From contig CAWCAG010000009.1 in NCBI GenBank assembly GCA_963793425.1, forward strand, positions 1,024,001-1,088,000: 64,000 bases of DNA, given 5' to 3'. Made by a program: the position numbers and the translations under genes. The notes under the pieces are model-generated. The model searched no databases, had not been told where the DNA came from, and worked only from the letters and a program-made list of their open reading frames with translations. Of this stretch, positions 21,765 to 32,132 are shown one piece after another. Positions within the stretch are counted from its first letter, which is position 1. Every line of letters starts with the position of its first letter. Origin of the DNA: an uncultured cyanobacterium (GTDB lineage Bacteria; Cyanobacteriota; Cyanobacteriia; Cyanobacteriales; CAWCAG01).

Positions 21765-24761
21765 TTAGGGTTCTGGTCCTAAAAGGGTAGGATTTTCAAC
21801 TTCGCGAATAATTGTTTCTGGAGAAGCATTCTCTGCTTGTTCGGGGTTGAAAAGTACTTCAAGGGCTTTCTCTAAAGTTTCTGCCATAGCAATGCGGTTT
21901 TCATAAACAACAATTACCCTAGCTAAAATCGGTAAACTATTCTCTTCTGCTTCTAAATAAAGAGGCTCTACATAAATTAAAGATTGTTCAATGGGAATCA
22001 TCAATAAGTTTCCCTGAATAGCGTTAGAGCCTTGGTTATCCCAAAGGGAAATTTGTTGAGAAATAACTGGATCTTGGTTAATTAGGGCTTCAATTTGTTC
22101 TGGTCCGTAGATCAGTCTTTGTTTAGGAAATTCATAGAGTAGGAGTTTACCATAATTATCACCATCAGAACGTGCCGCTAGCCAAGCAACTAAGTTATTA
22201 CGACTAGTGGGAGTGTAGGGGTGGAGGAGAATAAATTCTTCTGAGGCTAACTCTGGTAGTTTAACAATTAAGTAGTAAGGTTCTACTGGTTGAGATTCTG
22301 CCCCGTAAATCTCTTTGGGAATTTGCCATTGATCTTCCCGGTTATAAAAGACTTGGAAGTCTGTCATGTGGTAGGTTAGCAACTGTTCCGATTGGGTGCT
22401 AAATAAGTCTAGGGGATAGCGAATATGGCTGAAGAGAGTTTCTGGCATCTCTTCTAAGGGTTTGAAGAGTTGAGGGAAAATTTTAGCCCAGGTTTGGATG
22501 ATGGGATCATCCTTATCGACAACATAAAAATCGACATCGCCGTTGTAGGCATCCACAACAATTTTGACTGAGTTACGGATGTAATTAAATTTGTTCTTGC
22601 CTGGGTCAGAATAAGGATAACGATTGCTGGTGGTGTAGGCATCAATGATCCAATAGAGGTAGTTTTCTTGGTCAGTTTCCCCAATTTCTGGCACATTGGC
22701 ATTAACTAAATAGGGGTCATGATCAAAACGTAAAAAAGGGGCGATCGCTTGGCAACGAGTTTTGATATCCCGGCGTAGGAGAAGTTTGGTTTCTGGTGTG
22801 AAGTTTTCTGTGAAAAGCATTTGCCAATCTTTAAGATAGGCTGCAAAAAAGATACGCTGCCAGTAGTTGCCAATGTCAATACCCCCTCTACCGTCGTAGG
22901 TGTTGTAGACGTTATCATCCCCGCTGGGATAGTCTAATTCCTCAATTCTGGTGGAGGTGAGGACGTAGTTATCTGTGAGTTGCCCGTAGTAAATGCGGGG
23001 TTTGCCAATGGGGATACTATCTCTGATATAAGGATCGGAGGTACGTAATGTCCCTTGTTCACTTTCCTCTGATCCTGTACCAATGTCCTTAACAAAATAA
23101 AAAGGTAGTCCCCCTTCTCCGACTTTGTTAACAGGAGAGAGAGTAAAACCATAACCGTGGGTATAAACTAGATGTTTGTTGACCCAAGTTTGGGCTTCTT
23201 GGGGTACAGACTTATAGTCTAGTTCCCTGGGGGCAATGATTACTTGCTGTCTGAGAGTATCAGGGATTGTACTATCTTCTTCTTCGCCAACTTTAAGGGT
23301 ATAACGGTCAATATCAGCATCAGGAAAGCGGTAGTAGAGGCGAATTTGCTGTAGTTGGCGATTCGTTTGTAATAGAGGGCGAGTGTCCCAAAGACGAATA
23401 TCCCTAACGGTTAAACTGTTTTCTGTAATATCTTTAGCATTAAGCCCTGCTTGGGGGTTAAATTGTATTGCTTCAATTGTGTCTAAACCAAAGGCTTTTC
23501 TGGTATTAGTAATACTTCTTTGAATATAAAGTTCTTCCCTAGCTAATTCGTTAGGTAATACTTCCAAATTCTGTACTATTGCTGGTAATAATTTGGCGAA
23601 AAGAACAAAAGCAATTAAGTATGAAGCAAGGACACCCATAGCCGGGTAAAGTGAAGGAGAAAGAGAATATTTAGCTAAACTCCGCCACAAAAGCCAAAAG
23701 GCAATTCCACCTGCCACTACAGCGAGGCCTGTTTCTACAGGTAACTGTATTTTAACATCGGTATAGCTAGCTCCATAAGCTACTCCCCGTAAAGAGTACA
23801 GCAATTCATAGCGCTTAAGCCAATGGTTAAAGGCTTCGGTAAACATCATCAAACTTCCTAGCCCCTGAAGATGATGCAATTGAGGTGAGGAAAAGCCGGG
23901 GAATTTACCTTGAGAAAGGCTATTTCCAGATACTAAATAGAGTAAACAACAAGCAATAAAGGTATAGCCAAATAGACCGCTTAGCCAAAAATCCAATAAT
24001 TTCCAGATCGGAAATTTAAAGATATAGAAACTCAGATCATTTTGGAAGAGAGGATCTAGTTCATTAAAATTCGTGGCCGCGAAGTATTGGAGAAACCTTG
24101 TCCAGTTGCCAGCAATGATGGTACTAAAAGTTAAACTTAGTCCCACGGCGATCGCCATGAGAATAAATTCAGTATTAATGAATAAAATAGTTGCTATGGC
24201 AATCAATATCGCAATTTGCCAGATAATCGCATTTTTAGCTAAGATTGCATTTGCTAATTCAAGTATTTCTAACCTCAAGGAAAAAGGCAGAGGTGGAGCA
24301 ACATTTAAGACACTCAAGCCAGGTTGCCAAAACTTGGCAACTATTTGGCTATAGTGCAGAACAATCAATCCAACCAGTAAGTTTAAGCTAATTAGAAGTG
24401 GTAGTAATATTTTCAGGTTAAAGGCAGTTTTAGTCGCCGCTTTTTCAGTTGCCTCCCTAGGCAAAGAGTTAATTGTTAAATATTTTCTTTCTTGTTCTTC
24501 TGGCTGAGGATAGCGAAATTTTCTAGCTAGAAAGATATTAAGAAAGAGAAACACTCCTGAAACCAAGAAAGTAAGGAGCCAAAGTTGTAATTTATTAGTT
24601 AATCCTTTGACAAAAACTTCTAGATAACCAATTTCTTGAAACCAAAAGGATTCTGCTTTCAAAGTAGCAATAATATCCAAAGCAAAGCCTAGTCCGATTA
24701 GAAGAACTAGCAAGGTTAATATCTTGTGGTGACGAGGAAAGTTGGCTAAGCTTTTTAGCAT
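21765..24761 (-). CDS. UPF0182 family membrane protein
   Basis: 998 aa; IRLWD, HLVYTHGYG, NYIRNSVK, IYVEPLYL. Confidence 0.93.
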   Translation of the reverse strand: MLKSLANFPRHHKILTLLVLLIGLGFALDIIATLKAESFWFQEIGYLEVFVKGLTNKLQLWLLTFLVSGVFLFLNIFLARKFRYPQPEEQERKYLTINSLPREATEKAATKTAFNLKILLPLLISLNLLVGLIVLHYSQIVAKFWQPGLSVLNVAPPLPFSLRLEILELANAILAKNAIIWQIAILIAIATILFINTEFILMAIAVGLSLTFSTIIAGNWTRFLQYFAATNFNELDPLFQNDLSFYIFKFPIWKLLDFWLSGLFGYTFIACCLLYLVSGNSLSQGKFPGFSSPQLHHLQGLGSLMMFTEAFNHWLKRYELLYSLRGVAYGASYTDVKIQLPVETGLAVVAGGIAFWLLWRSLAKYSLSPSLYPAMGVLASYLIAFVLFAKLLPAIVQNLEVLPNELAREELYIQRSITNTRKAFGLDTIEAIQFNPQAGLNAKDITENSLTVRDIRLWDTRPLLQTNRQLQQIRLYYRFPDADIDRYTLKVGEEEDSTIPDTLRQQVIIAPRELDYKSVPQEAQTWVNKHLVYTHGYGFTLSPVNKVGEGGLPFYFVKDIGTGSEESEQGTLRTSDPYIRDSIPIGKPRIYYGQLTDNYVLTSTRIEELDYPSGDDNVYNTYDGRGGIDIGNYWQRIFFAAYLKDWQMLFTENFTPETKLLLRRDIKTRCQAIAPFLRFDHDPYLVNANVPEIGETDQENYLYWIIDAYTTSNRYPYSDPGKNKFNYIRNSVKIVVDAYNGDVDFYVVDKDDPIIQTWAKIFPQLFKPLEEMPETLFSHIRYPLDLFSTQSEQLLTYHMTDFQVFYNREDQWQIPKEIYGAESQPVEPYYLIVKLPELASEEFILLHPYTPTSRNNLVAWLAARSDGDNYGKLLLYEFPKQRLIYGPEQIEALINQDPVISQQISLWDNQGSNAIQGNLLMIPIEQSLIYVEPLYLEAEENSLPILARVIVVYENRIAMAETLEKALEVLFNPEQAENASPETIIREVENPTLLGPEP

Positions 24762-24805
24762 TTAGAATAAGTAATTAGGTGGTCAGTAAACATCTACACT
24801 GCTCC

Positions 24806-25177
24806 CTACTCCCCACTCTCTTCTCCCTTATGCTTGGGGCGATTATTTTTATCGACGAAAACCACTGTTGGTTGATGATTTTTTGCTTCTTCTGAATTTA
24901 ACTGACCGTAGGTCATAATAATTAAGCGATCGCCTCCTACTCCTAAACGGGCAGCAGCACCATTTAGTTCAATGATGCCAGAGTTAGCTGTTGCTTCAAT
25001 AGCGTAGGTAATTAACCTCTCTCCGTTGGAAATATTAACCACTTGCACTTGTTCATAAACAGAAATTCCTGATTTATCTAACAAGGTTTTATCAACACTA
25101 ATACTACCAACATAATTGAGATTAGTAGACGTTAAAGTACAGTTATGAATTTTAGCCAATAAAAATATACGTTGCAT
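24806..25177 (-). CDS. panD: Aspartate 1-decarboxylase
   Basis: KIH, YVG/SI self-cleavage site, [14 protein letters not shown]. Confidence 0.96.
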   Translation of the reverse strand: MQRIFLLAKIHNCTLTSTNLNYVGSISVDKTLLDKSGISVYEQVQVVNISNGERLITYAIEATANSGIIELNGAAARLGVGGDRLIIMTYGQLNSEEAKNHQPTVVFVDKNNRPKHKGEESGE

Positions 25178-25292
25178 AGATTAGTTATTAGTTGAGCTTT
25201 TTAGCAAGAGCTAAATAATACATTTTTTCAGAAAAAAATACAGTAAAGTAGTATCAATTTTATTTTATCTTACTCAGCTCCCCAACTCTCCA

Positions 25293-28200
25293 TCACTCCG
25301 CTTCACCAAGCAACATAAACCCCGCCCAATTAAGAGGATTGGGGTCAACTTCTTTTCTGGTTAACATTGCTTGTCGTAATGCCTGGGCTTTGTCGGGATT
25401 AGTTTCCAGGTTCTTATAAAACTCTGTCATCAAGGGGGCTGTGGGATTGTCTGGTAAACTCCACAGGGAAACTACGAGGCTGGGAACTCCGGCGTTAAAG
25501 AAAGCGCGGGATAAACCAATAACCCCGTCGCTAGTGATGTCTCCTAAGCCTGTATTGCAAGCGCTGAGAACAACGAGATCCGCTTGTAACTTCATGTTGT
25601 AAATATCAACAGCGCTGAGTAAACCATCATTCTTTTCATCTGGGGCGAGGGCAATTACTCCAGGCATCAGGTTTTCGGAGTAGTTGAGTAAACCGTGGGT
25701 GGCGAAGTGGATTAACTTCGCTTGGGGCATCTTCTCCACTACAGCGGTTTCTGTTGCTTCTGTACCAATGAGGGGTTGCACTCCTTGCCTTTGAGCAATT
25801 GTTTTTGCTTCTGCTTCTGTTCCTGGCAAGGAGTCTAGTTTATCCTCTGGTGGTTCCCCTGGTACTACGGTAATGGGAGGCATCTTCGGATTACCAATGA
25901 TTAAGGCTTCTCCTGTTGTTCCGGTTAAGCTGGTTTTTCTTTTATGGGTTAAATCTAAAACTTGGATGGAAGGAGAAGAGACAATAGTGTGTTTGTCGAT
26001 TAAATATTGCCCCTCTTCATCTTGCAAGGCGGCAAAGGGAACAAAGAACAGTTCTTGATCCGGAATAAATACTACCCTGGCTTCAGGATCTTGGGGCAGT
26101 AAGTCAGCGATGGGGGCGATGAGGAGTTGGTGGAGTTTCTTTAACTTCTGTTCCGTATACTGTTCTTTTCCTGGTTGTACTAATTCTCCTAAGCCGCGAC
26201 TATCGATACCAGGAGATTCACCAGTGTTGGCGATGAGTTGGGCAAAGGCGGATTCGGAGGTGTTGTCTGTGGCTAACTGTTGGTTTGAGGTGACGAGGAA
26301 GATGAGGCTACCTGTGCTGGCGAGGCAGATAACTCCTAGTAGCGAGGGGACAAAGATTTTAGTTTTTGATGTTTTTCGGTAGAAGTAAATTAAGGCAAGG
26401 AGGCTAAGTAGGGAAAGTAGGGAGGTGGTGATGGTGAGGGGGAAGCCCCAGGCTGGTTTCTTTTGTTCCCAGAAGAAGTCTAGGAATGAGAGTAGAGGGG
26501 TTGTTCCAAATTCCTTTTCTTTCCAGAGGGGAGTGAGATCCACGGATTGAAATTCAACTTTACCGGAAGGTTGGATTACCCAAATATAGAGTGCTGATTC
26601 TTTAGGAATTTGTTTACCTTCGATGTGAACAGTCTCATAAACAACGGCATATTCTACGAGAGCGGCTTTTTGTTTTTGAGCAATTTTCTTAATTTCTGAC
26701 AATAAAGGAGGTTGAATGGGAGTTATCTAAATCCTTAGCTAATAATTCTACTAAGGTTCTTGTGCGACTCCGTTCAGAAACTTCTAGAGCTGCTTCCGTT
26801 TTCTGTTGGGCGATGAGAACTTCTTGTAAGAGGCGATAGGTGCGGGCTTGCTGTTCAAAAATTGAGAGTTTATTTGCAGTATTTAATTCTTCTCGGATTG
26901 TTTCCCATACATTAATTCCTGCCTGAAGAACCTTTTCTGCTTCGGCAAACTTACTTGCTTTATGCAAAGCCATTGCCAAGATTATTTAAAGAACTAGCTT
27001 CCCCTTGTCTGTCCCCTATTTCCCTAGCTATATCAAGGGACTGCTGATAGAATTCAATCGCTTTTTGGTATTGCCCTAGGTAATGGTAAGCAACTCCCAA
27101 ATTACTCAAGGACTTAGCTTCTCCTTCGTCTGTCTCCTATTTCCCTAGCTATATCAAGAGACTGCTGATGTAATTTAATCGCTTTTTGGTATTGCCCTAG
27201 AGAATGGTAAGCATTACCCAAATTACTAAAGGAATTAGCTTCCCCTTGTCTATTCCCTATTTCCCTCGCTATATCAAGAGACTGCTGATTGTAGTTTAAT
27301 CTGCTTTTTGATATTGTCCTAGGGAATGATAAGCACTCCCAAATTACCTAAAGGAATTAGCTTCCCCTTGTCTATTACCTATTTCCCTGTCTATATCAAG
27401 GGACTGTTAGTAGAAATGTAATCGCTTTTTCGTATTGCCCTAGGGAATGGTAAGCAAGTCCCAAATTACCCAAGGAATTAGCTTCCCCTTGTCTATCCCC
27501 TATTTCCCTCGCTATATCTCGATGCTGCTGATGGAATTTAATCGCTTTTTCGTATTGCCCTAGGGAATGGTAAGCAATGTCCTAAATTACCTAAAGGAAT
27601 TAGCTTCCCCTTGTCTATCCCCTATTTTCCTCGCTATATCTCGATGACTGCAGATGGTATCGTAATTGCTTTTTGATATTGCCCTAACGAATAGTAAGCA
27701 ATGCCCAGATTACCCAAGGAATTAGCTTCCCATTGAAGATCTCCTAATTTCCCTAGCTATATCCAGAGACTGTCGGTGAAATTGTAATCGCTTTTTCGTA
27801 TTGCCCTAGAGAATCGTAAGCGAGTCCTAAATTACCCAAGGAAGCAGCTTCCCATTGAAGATCACTAATCTCCCTAGCTATATCCAGGGACTGTTGGTGG
27901 AATTGTAATTGCTTTTTGATATTGTCCTAAGGAATAGTAAGCCATTCCCAAATTACCCAATGAATTAGCTTCCCCTTGTCTGTCCCCTATTTTCCTGGCT
28001 ATATCTAAGATGCTTGCTGGATGGAAATGTAATCGCTTTTTGATATTGTCCTAAGGATATAGTAAGCTATTCCCAAATTACCCAGGGAATTAGCTTCCTT
28101 TGTCTGATCTACCTATTTCACGATAAATCTTCAATGCTTGTTCCCAAGACTGAATTGCAGCACTAAATTGACTATTATTGAACTGCTGCTTTCCCTGCTC

Positions 28201-28329
28201 AAATAGTTGATCTGCTTCTGCTTCACGGTTAGTTTGTGCCAGTATCTGCCTGGACTGAGTGGGAACAGACTGTGCTTGAGGAAGAGGGAGAAAGAGAAGG
28301 AAAATTAGTGTTAGGAGAAACTTTTTCAT
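25293..28329 (-). pseudogene. Signal peptide - TPR array - CHAT (caspase-like) protease, multiply frameshifted
   Basis: MKKFLLTLIF start; ~9 TPR units; HFATHG and LSACNTG catalytic motifs; frameshifts at ~26715, ~26980 and throughout the repeats. Confidence 0.85.
27001..28096 (-). repeat. Nine tandem ~120-125 nt TPR-coding repeats
   Basis: Recurring CCCCTTGTCT...ATCGCTTTTT...AAATTACC.AAGGAATTAGCTT. Confidence 0.92.
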
Positions 28330-28342
28330 ACAAGTCATTTTC

Positions 28343-28470
28343 GTAGGGTGGGCAAAATGCAACAGAATCGGCAATCATTCATCATCCCCCTTTGCCCACC
28401 ACAATCATCATGGTGGGCAAAGCTAACTGTACTGTCACAATCACGAATTAACAACAACTTGCCTACCCTA
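28343..28470. repeat. GTAG-type REP-like palindromic doublet
   Basis: GTAGGGTGGGCAAA...TTTGCCCACC and GGTGGGCAAAG...TTGCCTACCCTA. Confidence 0.65.
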
Positions 28471-28474
28471 GGTT

Positions 28475-29128
28475 TTATGACCTCTCCAAAATCCCCAAAC
28501 TCTCAATCAACTGGGGTTTCTCCTCTAAAGCAATCCTAGCGATCGCCACAAAATCACTCAACCAAACATTAAGCTCCTCAATCACCCCGTCCCTCACCTT
28601 CGTTGCATCCTGTGCCTCTCCCATCTCCTTCTTCTGGGCCAAATTAGCAGCCTCCACAGCCTCTACTTCAGCTTGTGCCGCCTCTAACTTCGCGGGAGTA
28701 ATGCCATACTCAGCAACAGCATCCAGAAAACCTTGATTACTAAGGATATTTTCATAAAACTGCTTCGCCTCCAACAACCAAGCAGAAAGAGCGCGTTTGC
28801 GGATACCATTGAGGGCTAACTCTGCTGCTGCACCCGGATTATCTTTAAAAGTGATGCGGGCAATTTTCAGGTGACGATTGTAACTTGCTTTAGCTGCTTC
28901 CCAAGTTTCGTTAAGGGCTGCTGTAGCGCTGTATTGTTCCCCGTACTCCTTGGTTTGCTTTTGTTGTGCTGCTAAAGCTTTGTCATAGAGGGTTTTACCT
29001 TGTTGGAGTTTTTCTGGAGTGTAACCATATTCTGTTAAATAAGCTTGAATTTGAGGTTGAGCGAGGGCGTTATCAATAGCAACGCGAGCATCATTGAGAA
29101 AACTGTCCAGAGTTTGATTAATTGCCAC
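28475..29128 (-). CDS. Hypothetical all-alpha protein with internal two-fold repeat
   Basis: 217 aa; EYGYTPEKL / EYGITPAKL and IARITF / IARIAL repeats. Confidence 0.8.
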   Translation of the reverse strand: MAINQTLDSFLNDARVAIDNALAQPQIQAYLTEYGYTPEKLQQGKTLYDKALAAQQKQTKEYGEQYSATAALNETWEAAKASYNRHLKIARITFKDNPGAAAELALNGIRKRALSAWLLEAKQFYENILSNQGFLDAVAEYGITPAKLEAAQAEVEAVEAANLAQKKEMGEAQDATKVRDGVIEELNVWLSDFVAIARIALEEKPQLIESLGILERS

Positions 29129-29255
29129 GGCGATTAATTTAGTAAGTTATTGTTGTTTGGCTATACATAGCTACGAAGGAATCACCAATTATTAAAGAAA
29201 AATGAGGAAAAATGTCATAAAAATTAAAGAGTTAGTCCGAGAAATAGCAAAGTAA

Positions 29256-29460
29256 GCTTACGGAACGACTTATTCGGCTTACGGAACAATTTATTTAGCT
29301 TGCTCAACGACTTATTCGGCTTACGGAACCATTCATTTAACTTACTCAACGACTTATTCGACTTACGGAACCATTCATTTAACTTACTCAACGACTTATT
29401 ACTTATTACTTATTACTTATTACTTATTACTTATTACTTATTACTTATTACTTATTACTT
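29256..29460. repeat. Seven 21-nt units (42-nt higher order) running into (ACTTATT)9
   Basis: Units such as GCTTACGGAACCATTCATTTA / ACTTACTCAACGACTTATTCG from 29256; heptamer run 29394-29460. Confidence 0.95.
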
Positions 29461-30213
29461 CCCCATCTCCCCAACTTCCTCAATAGACAAACTCAAAGCC
29501 GCAGCTACTTGCTCCACACTTAAACCCAAAGCTAATAAGCGGGGTACAGCTTGTCGCCTAGCTTGAGCTTCAGCTAAACGACCCTGTTCAGCCTCTTGTC
29601 TTGCTTCCTCAGTTTCTTGATAACTCAACAACTTCTTATTAGTTTGAGAGTCATAGAAACGTAATTCTTTCCCAATTAATCTTAAATCTAACCCCAATGT
29701 CTCAGAATACATCGACATCACTCCCCCACTCGCCACATTCTTAGCTATGGGTTGGTAAACCCCCTCTACTAGTCTCACCCCCTTGATTTGCTGCTTGAGA
29801 TAATCTCCTGTGGGGTCATATTGAAAATACTCTTCTACCCCCAGGTTTTGGTAGGTAATCGGCTTTTGTTCTTCATCTACCTTTTTGGTTGTGTTTGAAG
29901 TGATTTCTAGGATAAAACTAGGAACTTTTCCCCCTTCTTCCCACACTTTGTAAGTCTTCCGTTTCTTCTTCTCTACACCGAAGACCACAAAGACATCTGG
30001 GGCCACTACTGACTTTGGTACACCTTGTTGATAATAAATAAATAAGTTACCGGAAATATAAACATCTTCCCGGTTTTGAAAGTAGATGCTGAGGGCTTCT
30101 ACGCCATAAATTAAATAATCCCTAGTCGGATCACTTTCTGCCATTGGTTCACCATCACAATAGGGATAGAGATCATCTTCTGTTTCGATGAGTTGTTCTG
30201 ATGAAAGAGTCAT
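29455..30213 (-). CDS. Uma2 family PD-(D/E)xK endonuclease-like protein
   Basis: DGEPMAES, VAPDVFVVFG, ILEITS, EYFQYDP. Confidence 0.92.
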   Translation of the reverse strand: MTLSSEQLIETEDDLYPYCDGEPMAESDPTRDYLIYGVEALSIYFQNREDVYISGNLFIYYQQGVPKSVVAPDVFVVFGVEKKKRKTYKVWEEGGKVPSFILEITSNTTKKVDEEQKPITYQNLGVEEYFQYDPTGDYLKQQIKGVRLVEGVYQPIAKNVASGGVMSMYSETLGLDLRLIGKELRFYDSQTNKKLLSYQETEEARQEAEQGRLAEAQARRQAVPRLLALGLSVEQVAAALSLSIEEVGEMGK

Positions 30214-30282
30214 GATTTAGTAGACCTCTTACTCAATGGCTGTTGATTTTAGGATAACACTGCCCTTGTGTCTAGGAGTTAA

Positions 30283-30813
30283 TCAACCTTGCTTGGGGAT
30301 GACTGTTAATCTCGTGATTTCTGAGGAATCAAGTCTAAATTCTATTTCCTCAATCAAATAGTGATCTGCTTCACCTTCCGAAGGATTAAAAAGTTTTTTC
30401 ACTGCTTCTCGCTTTAACTTTGCCCCCTCTCCTATCGCATTAAGGGGTAACTCAGTAATTGGTTTAACTGCCCAAGTTTCTTTCCCATCGCGAATAGTTC
30501 CTGTGTCACTTTCAGGAATATTTTCCTCTGTAAAAGTTAACTTCTCAATATTAGCCATAGCCACCACTTCAGAAATACCATTGGATTCTAGGGTGATATT
30601 TTCTTGTCCTTCATTAATGTTGCTTAATTGCCCAGCTTTCCTATTACCATCTTTGAGTTCCACTGTAGCAACAGGGGGTAAAGTAATACAGACTATTTCC
30701 TCAGTTGCCTGACACTGGGATTGAGGGTTTTCTTGGGTTTCGCTACTACAACCGCTTAAGCTAATCAAGGTAAGCAATAAGGTGGCTATCCATCCTGAGT
30801 AAACAGTTTTCAT
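30283..30813 (-). CDS. Hypothetical lipoprotein
   Basis: Signal peptide with LSGC lipobox. Confidence 0.7.
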   Translation of the reverse strand: MKTVYSGWIATLLLTLISLSGCSSETQENPQSQCQATEEIVCITLPPVATVELKDGNRKAGQLSNINEGQENITLESNGISEVVAMANIEKLTFTEENIPESDTGTIRDGKETWAVKPITELPLNAIGEGAKLKREAVKKLFNPSEGEADHYLIEEIEFRLDSSEITRLTVIPKQG

Positions 30814-30952
30814 CTTACTTAATCTCTAAAATTCAAGTATAAATAAAAACTTAATACAGGCTTAGTAATGGTTTCAGGTTAATTTATGAATATGTTTAGC
30901 AATCAATAGTGAATCTTTCTTTTAGTTAATCTGTAGGTAGAATTAGTTTTAT

Positions 30953-31010
30953 TGGGGGACTAAGCCCCCCAAACCCCCCAGCAGGGAAACAACTGTTTCC
31001 CCACACCCCT
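30953..31010. repeat. GC-rich double-hairpin intergenic element
   Basis: GGGGGACTAAGCCCCC and GGGAAACAACTGTTTCCC stems. Confidence 0.5.
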
Positions 31011-31235
31011 TCCTAACCGCTTCGCTCTTTCGTTGGTTATATTTAACTGACTAATTTTGAGTTGGCCTATCGTCGGAAATAGACCTCGTGGTAGGGCGTA
31101 TCTATATTTGGGATCGTTGTTTAAGAAGTTACTTGCCACTGGCACAGAGGAAATAGCTTGATTCAATAGACTCAGAATTAGCAATGATAAAATATTATTC
31201 AGTTCTAACCCTTTTGAGTAAATAATTTCTGAGTT

Positions 31236-32132
31236 GTGTCAAACTCCAACCAAAACACTATCCTGGGTAAATTTGCAAGCGTTGTTGCTCTTTTAGGTAG
31301 CGCTCTTTATTTTACAGGCTGGATTTATCGTTGGTCTTACTTTGGCTTTTTTCAACTGGAAGTTACTACCCTCAACTTTCCCTTTGAGTCGTTTCTCTTT
31401 GTTCCTCTCCAGGTATTTTTAGGTAGCTTTGCACCAAATAACCTGGGTAAAGCGATTCTGCAAACTCTCTTTACTATTGCAGTTACTTTAATTATTATTC
31501 AAATCACCGTCAGTCTTTTGCAACTAATCAGCTTAACTATCACTGCCACCCTCAATTGGTTAACTCAAAAGTTAAGAAAAAGGCTGCAAACTTGGCGAAA
31601 TCAAAAACCTTTTACCTACAAAACTCGTTCTCTAATTAACTCAGTTTTAATCCAACTCAATCGCCACCGCTTCACTCCCCTAAAAATCCGCCACACTCTC
31701 TTTTATGAACTAATCATCGTCCTCCATATCATCATCGCCCTCTTTTTCCTCGCCAGACACCAAGGCATCGTAGATGCTAGACAAGATGCGGGGATAAACT
31801 CTAGCCTCTCTGCTGTTACCCTAGTTATCCCGGAAAACAAACTAGGTTTTGGCCAAAAACAAAGTAGTTTAGATCAGCCCACAGGGTTGCAAATAATCGG
31901 CGATCGCCAACGTTATGAGGACATAGTTAAAAGCCCAACCAATGACCCCAACAATCAAAGAGTGTGGCGCATTGTTATTGATCAAGGAGGTTACTTTTAC
32001 ATCTTCCGCACCTTACCCCCCAATGCTTCCCCCGAAGCACGGCCAGTGATTTTAGCTGTGCAAGGTAGTCTCAATGGTGATCAACTATGGATTTTTAGCC
32101 CTGAACCAATTCCTAATCAGGTTAAAGATTAA
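31236..32132 (+). CDS. Hypothetical membrane protein
   Basis: 298 aa; ALYFTGWIYRWSYFGFF; 3-4 TM segments. Confidence 0.7.
   Translation: MSNSNQNTILGKFASVVALLGSALYFTGWIYRWSYFGFFQLEVTTLNFPFESFLFVPLQVFLGSFAPNNLGKAILQTLFTIAVTLIIIQITVSLLQLISLTITATLNWLTQKLRKRLQTWRNQKPFTYKTRSLINSVLIQLNRHRFTPLKIRHTLFYELIIVLHIIIALFFLARHQGIVDARQDAGINSSLSAVTLVIPENKLGFGQKQSSLDQPTGLQIIGDRQRYEDIVKSPTNDPNNQRVWRIVIDQGGYFYIFRTLPPNASPEARPVILAVQGSLNGDQLWIFSPEPIPNQVKD

Noticed and set aside
27001..28096. Diversity-generating retroelement or CRISPR
   Set aside because: Repeats encode 40-aa TPR units; no reverse transcriptase or TR/VR pair is visible
29256..29400. CRISPR array
   Set aside because: Units are contiguous with no unique spacers, and there are no cas genes in the window
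29300..29566. 88-aa ORF with LLITYY repeats, and other short antisense or overlapping ORFs in the track
   Set aside because: Translations of tandem repeats or shadows of well-supported genes
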